Assembly (NCBI RefSeq): GCF_021028975.2
Contig: NC_059427.1
Coordinates: 112,406,001 to 112,470,000 of the forward strand
DNA from: Sphaerodactylus townsendi
Taxonomy: Eukaryota
Direction of reading: 5' to 3'
DNA: 64,000 nucleotides
The position numbers were made by a program, and so were the translations under genes. The notes beneath the pieces are model-generated. The model did not search any database, was not told the origin of the DNA, and saw only the letters and a program-made list of their open reading frames with translations. Shown in pieces: positions 36,555 through 50,375 of the stretch (position 1 is the stretch's first letter; every line of letters begins with the position of its first letter).

Positions 36555-36945
36555 TTCACCCTCACCCTCCCTTCCTCCGCTCCCTCCCCTTCACTTGCAT
36601 GCCACCTCTCCCTCCCTTCTCTCCTCTCTCCTCCCTTACATGCCACCCCTCCCTCTCCTTCCCTTGCTTGCCACCCCTCCCCTCCCCCTCCCTCTGCTAG
36701 GATGGGTAGGCCATGTCCAGATGCTGGCCCCTCCCCTCCCTTGCATGCCACCCCTCACTCCCTTCACTCCTCCACTCCCCCTCCCTTGCATGCCACCCCT
36801 CTCCTCCCTTCCCTTCCCTTGCTTGCCACCCCTCCCCTCCCCCTCCCTCTGCTAGGGTTGGTGGGCCATGTCCAGATGCCGGGGCCCCTTCCCCTCCCCT
36901 GCATGCCACTCCTCCCCTCCCCTCCCTTGCATGCCACCCTTCCCC
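36555..36945. repeat. Polypyrimidine minisatellite built from CCCCTCCCTTGCATGCCA-like units
   Basis: About 8 degenerate copies, with a higher-order duplication (36660-36740 resembles 36815-36900). Confidence 0.8.
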
Positions 36946-38689
36946 GATGTTGACCTCATTGAAATAAGAGATGCTTCAGACCAGCATCACCTGCGGATCT
37001 TCAGGAAGAAGTCACATGAAAAAAGTTACCTCCATCACAGAACGAATCTCCCAACATTTTGTCATTGGCTCCAGCCCCCCAGGAAGTCATTGTATGGTGA
37101 CATCCCCTCTACCAATCCAAAAGTGACCACAAGCTCAATTAGATTGGGGATCCCTGCCCTAGAGATCATTAAGACATAATAGAAGACAGATTTATCACTA
37201 TCATTCAAGTCAAACAAACTACACAGTCTAGAAGATCTATCCTAAACAGTTGTACCATTCTAAGCCCACATGAGGACACAACGCTGCTCACTGCAACACT
37301 CCATTTTCTCTAATGAAAAAGCCAAAATAAATTATCCACACTACGAAAGGATCTATGTCATCAGTAAGGAATTCATCTCCTTTTCTGAGTTTCAAGCATT
37401 ACACTCTATTAGTTCCTTGCATGTTGCAGAAGAGTAGCCAAAACAGAACTTTTCAGTGTTTTTATGTTCTCCGTTTCGGGACTGCTATTTAGCTGGAAAG
37501 GTAGTATAAAAATGTTGAAGACCATCAAACTATTCATCACTCTAGGAACTGAACTTCCTCATAATGCAATCGCTAGTCCACCCACTTCCCTTGTTTATGC
37601 CACTCTCCTAGTTACAATTGTGAAAACAGATGTTTATTCTTTGCTTCTGAATTTAGTCTTTCGCCTCAACAATCTCTCTTATTTTTTAACACTAGCAGTA
37701 AAGCCCATTGTGGAGGAAAATGCAATGGAGTCTAGAAGGGGGGGCGAGCAAGCTCCTCCCCCTGCACAGGGCTTTACTGGTGCCTCACCCTCACCCCCAC
37801 CCCCCATACACAGCTTCTTCCCACCTACCTGATGATGATGTGCTGGTCCTAGGAGTCCTGTAAGTGTGAAAGGCTGGAGGATGGGGAGGGGAAGGAGGCT
37901 GTATAAGTGAATTATATTGGGTACGATGTTTATATTGCCTCTTCACCCAAATATAAGAAAAAACAGAGGTCAAGTCACAGATGACCCTACTTAGCTTCTG
38001 AGATCTGCTGAGGTTGGGCTATTTTACCACTTAGCAAATGGCAGCTCAAAATTATGTGAATAAAAAGTACAGCAGCAGAACTAAATTTCGTATTGTCAGT
38101 GATATTTATTTAAGTATTGCATAGTATTATAACAATATTGTTTTCTCTGGCTGATTACCCACGGCTGCCTCTGCCTTGCCCTGCTCTGATGCAAAAGTTG
38201 CACCATAAGTGCCCTTGCTTTCTGCAGGGAGAGTGAGAAGCACAGGTGGGGCACGAGGAAGCGCATCGGGACAAGAAATCTTTCCCTAATGAGCTTTCTG
38301 TCTCATACGCTGCAGAAAAAAGCACATCGGGACAAGATTTCTTACCCTGACGCACTCCAGCTGCCAGCGCACTCCAGCTGCCTCATTGGTAATCAGTCTC
38401 TGTTCCTCCTTGAAAATACACAGTATTTTAACTTCATTCTGGTTATTTAGGTTTCAGCCACCATCCATCTCATGCATCTATATGGAAGAATGCATGCAGA
38501 GTTCTGAACACCTGACTTACAAGCTTGTGGAATGCAACCCATTTCTAAGTCTATGGCCAAACTCCCACTGAAAATTTAATCTAGATACAACCAAGTTTCA
38601 AAAGAATCAGCACCTTTTCATCCAGGTTCCAACATCCTCACTGCAGCATGTTTCTAGTGAAGACGTCTAGGCCTGCCTCTTGAGGGGGA

Positions 38690-38860
38690 TGCCTCCTGTC
38701 AGGGGTGCAATTGTTAAGCTAGCAGCACCAAAATTTCAGAGTATCTTTAGGAGACCCCCCTGATGATACCACCCAGGTTTGGTGAAATTTGGTTCATGGG
38801 GGCCAAAGTTATGGACCCTCAAATATGTAGCCCCCATCTCCTATTAGCTCCCATTGAAGT
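38690..38860 (+). mobile_element. Internal fragment of the same hAT family
   Basis: Matches 51215-51380 (gtcaggggtgcaattgttaa...gcaccaaa...gataccacccaggtttggtgaa). Confidence 0.7.
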
Positions 38861-39718
38861 GTTTTTTCAAAAAGGTGCATGTTCAAGCAGGTCCAGGAAA
38901 ATCCTTTGATGGGGGGGGGGGGGCACCAGAAATGGGACTGATCTGTGTTCCAAGGTTCGGCAGTGGGGAGATTGCAAGGAAACCTGGATATTTCGGGTGA
39001 CTATCCCAGGATTAATCGCCAGTGGGAAATCACCCTGTGACTTCCCATATTCTTGTTCAGAGTAGGTAGAGTTGGAATAAAAGGAACCTGGAGCCATCCT
39101 TGATTTTTGCTCACGGCCCCAAACACTACTTTACCAGGAAACTGTAGGAGCACAAACCCAATACACTGACCTCACTCAGAGATTACAGCACCAACGTGCA
39201 GGAGCCAATGCAAATCAATATCACAGGAACATATTGATTCAGCATTTGCACTTGCTTCTCCTTATCACGGGAAATGTGGCAGCAGCTCTTTATAAACACT
39301 GAGCATGCCACATGCTGATATATTTGTCAGATCTGGAGGCAGCAGAAGGTATCTACTTAAGGCAGGGTTTTTTTTCAAAAGACATGAAGATTCCTTTCTG
39401 TTCCAGATATAGAATGTATCGTATCTACTTTGCGTAGAATGGATTTGTATATCTTTTACATGCCAAGCTGCTGTAGATAGTAAATATGCATAGCCATAAT
39501 ACTACTTCGGTGGGCTATTTGCATGCATCCAAGAACAGCAGACATCCTTCTCCATGAGAGGTGGAAAAACGCAAGGTTGAATATCTGCCACAAAGTCTTG
39601 GTAGCTGTTGTCTGTATGAGGTGCCCGAAGCATTTACGGCATTTAGAAGCAAAGAATAGGCAGCATTAGGCTGATAGCCAATCCAAAACTAAGTTTAGAA
39701 GAAAGTAAGTCTGCTTAG

Positions 39719-40946
39719 AAAGAACGTAGGTAAGAGGGGGGGTTTTCTCGGGTTCAGATCCCCCCATTGCATGTCTGAAGCTCTGCCCCCCCCCCCTGTT
39801 TGTGGGTTTTTGTATTTTTAAAGTGTTTTTTTTTGTTTTGGCCTGCGGGGGGCGTAGTTTTTAGGCTAGTGGCACCAAAATTTCAGGCTATTGTCAGGTG
39901 ATACTCCTGATGATACCTTCAGCTAAGTTTAGAGTGAGAAGTTTAGGTTTTAAGGTTTCCAAAGTTATGAACCCCCAAAAGGGGTGCCCCATCCCCCATT
40001 GTTTCCAATGGGAGCTAATAGGTGGGTCTACCCATTTGAGGGTCCATATCTTTGGACCCCCTGAATCAAACTTCACTAAACCTACGTGGTATCATCAGGA
40101 TAGTCTGCTGCTGATACCATCCCGGTTTGGTGAAGGTTGGTCCAGGGGGTACAAAGTTATGGACTCCCAAAGGGGGTGCCTCCATCCCCCATTGTTTCCA
40201 ATGGAAGCTAATAGGTGATGGGGGCTACACCTTTTAGAGTCCATAATTTTTGACCCCTGAACCAAACTTCACCAAACCTGGGTGGTATCATCAGGAGAGT
40301 CTCCCAAAGATACCCTGAAAGTTTGGTGCTGCTGGCTTAACAATTGTACCCCTGACAGCAGGCACCCCCCCCCCAAATTTTCCCAGATTCTCTTTTTAAA
40401 TCCACCCCTTTCAGCATGGATTTAAAGAGAGAATCTGAGGTCCCCTGTTTAAACATTGAAAGTGATGTTGTTTCAGGGTGGGGGATAATCCACCCCAAAA
40501 CAGCATCACTTTCAATACTGTTTTATCTGGGGACCTTAGATTCTCCCTTTAAGGTGGATTTAAAAGGAGAATCTAGGTTCCCTAATTTAAACACCATTGA
40601 AAGTGATGCTGTTTGGGGGTGGATTCCAGCATCATAGCAGTCGCCCATGGGGGGAGGTGCGCAAACCTCACATTTTGCACTGAGCTCCATTTTCCCTAGC
40701 TACCCCTCTGCCTGGAGGGGAGAGAGAAGGGACTGCCGACTGCCAGCTGGGAGCCCAGCCGGTGGGGGAGGCGGGGTGGGCGGGTCATGGGAGTTTGCCA
40801 TCCCTTGCCTCGGAGAGCTGCTTTTATAAGCACTTAGGCTGGGGGTGGGGCTTGGGGAGGCGTGGCCACACCCCCAAAGGCAGGTGGGGGCGTGGCCTTG
40901 CCCCCAAACACCCCCCCCCCATAAAAAATCTATACCTACGTCACTG
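39719..40946 (-). mobile_element. Non-autonomous hAT element of about 1.2 kb with internal repeats
   Basis: TSD CTGCTTAG (39711-39718, 40947-40954); TIR core ACGTAGGTA/TACCTACGT; inverted relative to the 50376-51664 copy. Confidence 0.85.
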
Positions 40947-43179
40947 CTGCTTAGGAACACAGTCAGTCAAACATTGCCAGTTCATTACTTCACAGAATAT
41001 TAAAAAGGAGATAATTCTTTTTATAATTGCACTATCGGCTCTATGCTTCAAGAAGAATGAAATGGAAAGTAGACTACTTTTCTTTAAATTAAGCTTACTG
41101 GAATAGGCAGAATTTGCATAGCCCTCTGGCAGAAATTAGAACTTTACTCTCCATGCACTCTCCATGCTCTTACTCTTCTACTTGAAGGTATATTTCCACA
41201 ACAACAAACAGTAAGCTGAAACACACTTTTGACATTCTGCTGGGATCAGTGATGCCCAAAGCTCTCTGCAAATGACACAGTAACTAGTGTTAGAAATAAT
41301 CTATGCTAAAGCCTTTCCATTGTTGAACTATAACTGTGGTATCATTTGAGTATCTAAATCAAGCCCAGATCATCTCTCTTATGTAGTCAAGAGCTGGGGA
41401 CCCAGCCCAAACATTGCCATTACTCATACTCTGTGCTCTGCAATCCCTACCCACAATCCTAGGCATACAATCCCCCCCACCCACGCATTTTTCCCCCTGG
41501 AACAACTTCCAGGCATATTATTTTGACCACAGACCATAACAAATAAAAAAACATTCTACAGCAACATGGCATTTGGGATGACAAAAGACTTGATCACAAG
41601 GAGGAGGGGAATTCAAGCGACACCTTTTTGTGAATGCAAACTACCAAACTACAAGAACAGCAACAGGGATCCTCCCAGTGGAAAGGTTTAGAAGGGAAGT
41701 GGGTGAGGGGAAGGGGTCAGAACAGCATCGTTCCAAAGATAGTTTGAACATTTTACACATCAAGTTCCTCTTTGAGTCTCTACTTCCGGTTTTCATTTCC
41801 AGTGTGCTCACTTGGAGCATGTTGACAGCAACGTTTTCTTTCTCAATTAGTTTCTGAGACACATTTCCCATTCATAACTAGAGGCAGCTAGAATCCCAGA
41901 CTGAGACTTATGTGTAGTAGTTGTGCTTTGGCAAATCTGATCTCTTGCCATGTTCCGTTTTCATTTTGCTTTTTTGGATCACCTCACATAAATATTCCTC
42001 AATATGCAGTGATGCATTATGGATACTAGCGTTCATCTGGGGCCAGAGCTAAGAGGCTGGTTGAGTACACAAAGAAAAAACCCTCAAAAACCTATGTTGG
42101 GTGTCAGGGGGGGGGCAGGGAGAAGAGAGAAGTCTGAGTACTTGTAATCTGCAGGTTGCTAGAGGAGGCTGTATAGTCTACAAATCACTATAAGCCACAA
42201 CACACACAAGACAACTCCACCAAGTACTTTCGCAAGACATTTCTAGAGCTCTGTAGACTGAAGGACTTCTTTACAATGCCATTTACCACACCACATGTAA
42301 GAAGAAACAGTGCTGGTTCTTAAGATGTATGCTGCAGAGGATCTGACTTTTCTAGGGTTGCCATCCTCCAGCTGGAACCTGGAGATCTCCCAGAATTACA
42401 ATTGATCTCTAGACCACAGACATCAGCTTCTCTGGAAAAAAAATGGCTCCTGGGGAGAATAAATGCTATGGCTTTATACCCTGCTGATGTAACTCACCTC
42501 TGCATACCCCACCCTTGCCAGGCCCCGCCCCCAAATCTCCAAGAGTTTCCCAACCTGACTCAGGCTTGGTCAGAACTGGCAGGGTAGAAATAGAAAAATA
42601 AATACATAAATACGACCTGGCAACCATAACTTCTACAAGTCGCCAACACGTAAAGCAATGTATCACATGTGAGAGAACGCTATAACCAAACTGTCCAAAA
42701 AACTGCATCGCATACCAGTCAAAAGCTCACATGCCAACAGTCGGTATTCACTACCAGTTCCTAGGTTTGTAGTTATCACTGTATATATTTTACTGAGATG
42801 TTGGGGGTGCCTTTCTAAAAATCTGAAGGCGAAACTGGCAAGACCTCTACCTTCCAATATGGATAGTTGTCAAACAACGATGAAGTGGTAAGAAGGTGAG
42901 GGTGCACTGAACCATTTCTCCTCTATCACTCCTGCCCCTAGGCTGTTTCCATCATCCATGCCCATTTCTGCTCTTCAAGTCTCATCAAACAAAAGGAGCT
43001 TTAGGAAAAGCAGCTGTGGGTGAGTGATGGGCATTCTATCACCATTCTATCTATCATCTACAATGTAAAAACAGATGTCACCCTCTATCTCACACACACA
43101 GATGCTGCTACTTTATGTTCAAAGCTGCAGGTCAGTCACTGCCACTTATAGTTCCTACACACATGTGCCAGATGTCATC

Positions 43180-43258
43180 TGATATGCCAGGCCTCAAAGA
43201 CTGCAAAGACTGATATGCCAGGCCTCAAAGACTCAAAGATATGCCAGGCCTCAAAGAC
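43180..43258. repeat. Three tandem copies of GATATGCCAGGCCTCAAAGAC
   Basis: Seen directly. Confidence 0.85.
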
Positions 43259-43689
43259 AGGATTTTCCCAGCTGCAGATCTGCAGGAAGAGCCTGGGGAG
43301 GGTGGGGTTTAGGAAGGTGAGGGGCCTCAATGGAGCACATGGAATCCACCCTCCAAAGAACCCTGGTTCTTGTAAGCATGAAATGCAGGATGGAGTATTC
43401 TCACACCAGACAGTCCTGTGACTTAGAAGTTTGTGCATTGCTAAAATTCAACCAAATTCAACCATGTTATTACATTTTCATGTGGTTATTTTGGGAATAT
43501 CCTCTCACAAGTAGACCTATTAGACAGGCACACTATTCTGCAACAAATAGATCAACTGCAAGATACAATGTTTATCGAATTTCCTTAAAAATGTAAAAGT
43601 ATATTGTCAAGATTATTGCACTGGCTTCAGGTGGACTGAGTGTTTACAAAACAAAAATAATTAGTAACATTTGAGTTTGAGTTATTTTG

Positions 43690-44545
43690 GCTTTAAAATT
43701 TTCAGCAAAGCCAAAAAACCTGAATAGCTTTATTGGGAAACCCAAAAAGATTGACTCAATTTGAGTCTATGGGGGATCTTTGGAAGTTTCTGCTTGTAGT
43801 GGGGACATGTTTTAAGGTAAAGACATCAAACTTGTCCCATTGTTTTTAATGAGAAATGGGGGCAACCAAACTTCCCCAAACCTGGTTGTTCCTATCAGGA
43901 ACGTCTCTCAGAGCCACCTTGCAAGTTTAATGCCTTGATCTTGAAAAAAATGTCCTCCCTACAGATGGAAACCCACCCACCCCCATTCCCCAGATTCTCC
44001 CATTTGAATTGACTGGACCCCATTGTAGCCTATGGGGAATTTCTAGGGTATCTATAGGGAGCATTTTTCAAGATAGAGGCACCAAACTTGCAGGGTTGTT
44101 TTGGAAGATTATCCTGATAAAAGCAACCAGGTGTGGTGAAGTTGGATTCAGGAGGTTCAATTCTATTGGTCCCCAAAAGGGTAGTTCCCATTGTTTCCTA
44201 TTGTTTCTAATGGGAGATGGGGATCTCCTTTGGGGATCAATAGAAATGGACCCCCTGAACCAAACTTCAGCAAACCTGGATTTCTCTTACCATAAATGTC
44301 TCCTGAAGCCACCCTGAAAATTTGCTGCTTCTACCTTGAAAAATGCTACCCCCACAGACATCTCCAGAAATTCCCCATAGGCTATAATGGAGTCCAGTCA
44401 ATTCAAATGGGAGAATCTATGTGAAAACTGGCCTTTACAGTTTAAATAGCCAAACCCCATAGAATAACCCAAATACCTATTCAGTTTATCAGGTTTTTAA
44501 CTATTTGGCTTGGGTTTTTTGCCTGGTTCTTGCATTCAAACCCAA
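43690..44545. mobile_element. Older palindromic relative of the same repeat family
   Basis: Shares the caccaaa / gaaccaaacttca modules; internal inverted repeat 43990-44040 versus 44370-44418. Confidence 0.5.
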
Positions 44546-45221
44546 AACCTACCCACCCAACCCCCTACCCCAAAGCTGAATAGGGATTTTTTGGATTTTT
44601 TGCAGATTCAATTTTACCAAATCAACAAGCTTATTTATATCCTGTCCTCTCGGATTTACATGGACTATCAGGTCAGCTAACAATTTAAAACATGCATAAT
44701 AAAATCTTATTAAACTGTTAAAACAACCATTTAAAACCAGTAAAATCATCCACTCCAAACACACATAATTAGAACAAATTAAAAACAGATTTCAAAATAT
44801 GTACAAAGACATGAAAACAGTAATTAAAAGAGTTGTCACTGAGGCAATGCCAAGCAAAAACAACAAAAGTAAACAGCTCAAGCAAAAACAAAAAATGTAA
44901 ACAGCAACAACTTTCAGCAGGCAAAATACCAGTATAAGGATAATGGGTAGAAGTGTCACTGTTGGCATGCAAATAAGGGTTTTACAAGTAAACAGGCATG
45001 TCATATTTTTAAGGATATGAATTTCAAAAAATCCACAGTTACACAACACATACCAAAAAAATGAACACATACATGAGGTCTGTGGAAATTAGTCTTGACT
45101 GAAATAAGTTCATCCTTTAAGTTAGGGGAAATAAGCAACGGCAAATTTTTATCCTGCAGTTCCTCAAGGAAGTGGGCACTGTTCTCCCCACATTTTTCTT
45201 CTCACAACAACCACCCCAGTG

Positions 45222-45736
45222 CAGTGGTGTATTTACCCAGGGACGAGGGGTACTCTCTGTCCCTGGGCACCACTAATTTGGTCACGTGGGGGGCGCAAAA
45301 TCGGCTTCCCACATGGCCAGGAAGACTCGTTGTCTTTGGGCAACTTCAGCCCTGCCCATGTCATCATCGACATGGGCGGGGCCAAGGAGCCCCGAGGACA
45401 CCACCACCCCAGGCTCACCCCCCCTCTCCTGGCTCGCAGCTGGCAGTCCCTTCTGCCCTCCCCTCTGGGGAGAGCAGAAGGACTGCCGTCCCCCGTCCTC
45501 TGGGAAATGTTTTTATAAGCACTGAGGCTGGGGGCAGGGCTTGGGGAGGCGGGATCATGCCCCTGGAAGTGGGATGTGGCCATGCCCCACTGAGCCCTGC
45601 CCTCCCTCCATCAGTGTTTATAAAAGCAGCTCACAGAGGACTGGAAACGGCAGTCCTTCTGCTCTCCCCAGGTGCAGGGGGGAATGACCCAGAGACAATT
45701 TGTCTCCAGGTGCCATTTTACTTTAATACGCCTCTG
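45222..45736. mobile_element. hAT-type element inserted into a MIR/Squam3-like SINE remnant
   Basis: Termini CAGTGGTGTA/TACGCCTCTG; TSD CCCCAGTG/CCCCTGTG; the flanks join as cacaacaaccacccc.gtg-agataggctagg. Confidence 0.7.
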
Positions 45737-46049
45737 CCCCTGTGAGATAGGCTAGGATGAATAAAAAGTAATTATCCAAAGCACCAAATGAGCTTCGTGG
45801 CAAAATGGGAACATGAACCTGGTTTCCTGGGTCACATACCGAGACTCTACTAGACTCTACTACTAGATCACCTTGACTCACGTAGGGTGGTGGGGGAAAC
45901 AGAAATCACACAGTTTCACTAATCAAAGCTTGTATATGCTGTGGTGTAATAATAAAATGAACACTACATTAACTATCCCAAACTATGCTAAGTGAAGCTG
46001 AATTTTTCAACTTGCACAAATGATGCAAATTAAGCAGATCTCATAATAT

Positions 46050-46192
46050 ACTCCACTTTCCTGGACACAGTGTGTAATAGACTTCTCTCTGTGATACACC
46101 TCTGAAGATGCCAGCCACAGATGCAGGCGAAACATTAGGAACAAGATCTACCAGACCACAGCCACACAGCCTGGAAAACCCACAACAACCAG
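46050..46192 (+). mobile_element. Penelope-type remnant, same family
   Basis: gtgatacacctCTGAAGAtgccagccacagatgcaggcGAAACattagg... Confidence 0.75.
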
Positions 46193-47051
46193 TACTCCGC
46201 TTCCACTTTGTTACAAGGAATAGCAACAGATTTTGCTGGAAAATGAGGTCTAGTCCTCTGTTGATTCATATTGTAATGTCCGTATTCAGGAAATTCTGAA
46301 ACTCCACTAGGCATTATTGTCTACTTCATTTTGTAGTTTGACGGCTGGGCAGCCATGTCCAGAGGCCACCATGGCTGTGGATGGCTCCACTGCTGTGCAG
46401 CCTCAAGAGGGTTTTCAGATAGTATGGGGGTGCAGCAAAAATGAAAAAAGCAGCTGTCTGAAAGCCCTCCATAGGGCTGAATGGAGTTATGCTCAGGCTG
46501 TGGTATTCCCAACTCTAAAACCCAAGTTGAAATACACAAATTTATCTTTAAATCTAAGAACCCAAGAACAGCAAAAACATTAAGGTGTCACCCCATAGAA
46601 GAAGGAGATGGGGCATCCCAAATATACTGTTATATTAAGACACCTATCAATTAACGACATTTGATTCCTTGTCTATCCTGTTCTAAAGAAAGAAAATGGT
46701 TCAAGATAGAAATACTTAATTTGGAGGACGTAAAAGGACATCAAATATTCTATAATAAGGAGCATTTTACATTCATTCTCAACTCCTTATAGTCCAATTT
46801 TAAGATGGCGAAAACAGAGAAGAATTTGATATGCAGGAATTTCACCTTTGACCCTGCTCATAGATCACCCACAATTTTGTTTAATTAAAATCATGGTTGA
46901 TGCCCCAAAGAGACCCTTTTTATTTGATGCCCCAAAGAGCCCCTATTTCTTTAAAAATGCAAATGTAATTTTAGAGGGTCAAATAGGGTCTGGAAGTGAT
47001 ATTCCAAAAGGATGCTATTGGATACAGAGAAATCAAATTGCAACTTTTCTT

Positions 47052-47088
<37 letters not shown>

Positions 47089-48541
47089 GAGAACAGATGA
47101 AGAAACTTCTCACTAAATTTGAAGCCTCTTCCTATGACCAGGGCAACCATTTCCCAGTGGGTGATTCCTGCAGAAACAGTAAGTATGGCTTTTGGGCACC
47201 TCCTACCTACCCCAATGCATGGGGGAAAGTCAGGACTGGTTCTTTGCTGCGATAAAACAGCAAGGCACCATGGCACCCACTTGCTGAGAACAGGGGGAGC
47301 TGGGCAGGTATCAGTAGGCAGAATGCTAATTTCTGCATGTTACAATATCGGCAAAGGTGAGTATGAAAAGGCAAAGTGGGTATTTGTTTGAGGCGAATTA
47401 CCAGGACTTTTTGACCTCATGACTGAGATTTAAAATTTGGCTTCTAAACAAGACTTCTTTATTCCACTGGGAATCAGAAAGAACCATTGTTAAAACAATG
47501 TTGCATGCTCCCAAGACAGTTGCTTTGCCTTTTTGCTACAGACAGAACGAATCACACAATAATGCTGGTTTACAAACAGCACCAGATATCTTTGCAACAG
47601 TCTGAAAAACCTGCCAAATAATCTCGCCTATTGTGCGATTGACTACTTTGGTGAGACATCTTCAGCAAAATTCTCTATTGCCCTATTTACAAAGTAGATT
47701 TATTTATATATTATCTTCTTTCATGATCATGCATCCACAAGGTTTTGAAGTAGCTGGGGCTTTCCCACATGCAGACCACTGGAAGAATGAAGTAATTTCT
47801 CAGCATTCTTAAAATATATTTCAGAGTTTGCCCCAAACAACAACTCATGTGCCAGGACAAAAAAACCCTACTCCTGCTTTGCATGGAACGTCCGGATTGC
47901 GTAACCATCTCTGAGGGCGTGGCTTAGCAGAATGATCTAACTGCATCAATCACACATGCACACTGTTGCTGTCCTCAAGAGTCCTCTGGCACCTTACAGA
48001 GTACTGCCAAAAAATCAATCATGCAAATTCCATGTATGACCAATCCATCAACTCAGAATTCAGGTACAAGCAAATTTAAAACTGCTTATTTTTTCACATG
48101 TGCACATTAGCTATGGGAAAGTAGTGGGAAAATGTTTTGTGGCCTACTATGTGAACTCAACCTAACGGATATATAACCCGGTCCTAGCAAGTCCCCTCTG
48201 AAATAAGTCCCATGAGCTTCAGGTAAGTATGTTTAAAACTGCAGTCAGGGTTACCAACCTCCCAGAATTATAACTGATCTTCAGACTACGGAACTTAGTT
48301 TCCTTGGAGGAAATGGCAGCTTTGGGGGACAGATTCTAAAGCATCACAGGATTCAGATTCCCCACCCACCCACTCCCGCCCAAAACCCAAATCCTTTCTC
48401 CTTAGGCCTTGCTCCATATCTCCAGGAATTTCCTGAAATTAGAGTTGGCAACCTTAAGCACAGCCTAATCGTGGCATAAACTTTCATGGACTAGAGCCCA
48501 TCTCATCAGCTATAAATGCACACCCTGATGCTAATAACAAC

Positions 48542-48974
48542 TAGAGGTGCACATTCAGCAAAGCCAACCCCCCCCCCCAAAAAAAACAGTATTACAAGGG
48601 AGGTGATAAGTCAATTTTCCTGTATTTGGGGGCCACATCATCACTGCAGCTATTCAAAAAAGATGGGGAAACCCCTCTCCCCCTCCCTCACCAGCTGATT
48701 GCCACTGCCTCCAAAGTCCACATGGACTCTTGGGTGACACTGCAGAGCTGAATGTGAGCCCAACATTTAGCTCTGCACTGCTGCCTCCAAGACCCACATG
48801 GACTTCAGGGGCAGCTTAAAATTTTAGGTTTTTACAGACCTGATTTTTTTAAAATTAAAAGGGGGTGTGTGTCCTCATACCAGTATAGAGGTTTGTGGGG
48901 ATTTTTCTAAAATTTCTGGATTTTTTAAAACAACCCTCGAAAAATAGCAGGAAAAAAGATGGTGCACACCCCTA
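48542..48974. mobile_element. hAT-like MITE
   Basis: Termini TAGAGGTGCAC/GTGCACACCCCTA; TSD ATAACAAC/ATAACAAG. Confidence 0.6.
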
Positions 48975-49413
48975 ATAACAAGAATTTAAATGGTTAATCA
49001 TTGTGACAAGACTGAGCTAGCCTGGACCACCTAGAAGCAATTAGAGGTGCAATATCTGTCCACAACTTATGAATATCTGAAGCTGCATTATTTCAAGTAA
49101 CACCAGTGGTCCATCTAATACAAGTTATCACAGAATTCTGGTCATGAGTTTCAATGAATTACATACAATCTGTGTATAGGATACACTTGATTTTTCTTCA
49201 TATGTGCACTGAGTAATTCTTACGTTACATTCAATTCACGTAGAGCTGAATATGTGATTAAAACCCCACATTTACCTAAATGCTGGTTCTCAGTTTCATT
49301 TGTTAAGTGAAGTCAATGGAAATCTATGGACTCAGAAGACTGACAGTGTTAGCTATTTAAGATGTATGGGGATGGAGCACCTTCAAACCTGTACATGGTG
49401 TGGGACCTTCACA

Positions 49414-49572
49414 CTGGGTGACCTTGGGCTAGTCACAGCTTTTCAGAGCTCTCTCAGCTCCACCCACCTCACAGGGTGTTTGTTGTGAGGGGGGAAGGAG
49501 ATTGTAAGCCCCTTTGAGTCTCCTACAGGAGAGAAAGGGGGGATATAAATCCAAACTCCTCCTCCTCCTCCT
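49414..49572 (+). mobile_element. 5'-truncated copy of the same SINE; tail runs into (CCT)n and then (GCT)n
   Basis: Near-identical to 7722-7881. Confidence 0.8.
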
Positions 49573-49997
49573 CTGCTGCTGCTGCTGCTGCTGCTTCATG
49601 GAGTGCCTTCTTCTATGTGACCCACCAATTTTTGCAGGACGCACTGTTTGGCATTCTAGCTTTTACAGGATTGCCTAAACCTTCTCCATTATGGTACCCA
49701 AACTTTAGAAAGTGCTGACATTGGAATAGCACTTTGCCAACTCTTGTGTTGGGAAATTCTGAGACATTCAAACGGTGGTGGGAGAAGGACTTTAACAGGC
49801 TATAATGCCATAAGAGTCCATCCCCTAAAGCAGCATTTTCAGCTGGAGATGTGACCTCTGTCATCTGGAGATCAGCTGTAATTCTAGTATGTCTCCAGTA
49901 CCCACCTGGAGGTTGGCAATCTTATCTGTAGCAGTTTGTCAGTTAATTAAAATCTGGCTATTCAGCAAGTGTTTTGTCCTAAACAAGGACATTACAA

Positions 49998-50144
49998 TGT
50001 ATTGTCGAAGGCTTTCACAGCCTGATTCAACTGGTTCTGGTGGGTTTTCCGGGCTGTGTGGCCGTGGTCTGGTGGATCTTGTTCCTAACGTTTCACCTGC
50101 ATCTGTGGCTGGAATCTTCAGAGGTGTATCACAGAGGGAAGTCT
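49998..50144 (-). mobile_element. Penelope-type remnant, same family, reverse orientation
   Basis: Reverse complement of the 880-991 and 12531-12654 sequence. Confidence 0.75.
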
Positions 50145-50375
50145 GCTGATTTTTCTTGTATTTCAATGTTTTTAATGACTCTGTTTTAATGGAGTTGAGC
50201 AAAAGTTTAGTTGTGGAGGCAACCTATCACTTACCTGACCTTTACTAATTTCAAATTCTTCTGGGCCATTGGTAAGAGACCTACAGTAACACAGCCTCTT
50301 AGGGTGCTATTCTCACTCCAAACACAGGGCTACTACTGGGTGAAAAACCTATCATAAAAATACTATGCTTGATAC

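Noticed and set aside
36524-37179. Pro/Leu-rich and Gly/Glu-rich ORFs
   Set aside because: Translations of the low-complexity minisatellite.
43180-43258. CRISPR-like repeat-spacer pattern
   Set aside because: Eukaryotic context, and the spacers are themselves partial repeat copies. It is a simple tandem duplication.
45095-45745. 216-aa ORF
   Set aside because: Runs through a MITE nested in a SINE; no domain features.
47085-47190. Possible plus-strand exon ending at GTAAGT (about 47179)
   Set aside because: Only an isolated donor-like hexamer after a (GA)n repeat; no partner exons or recognisable peptide.
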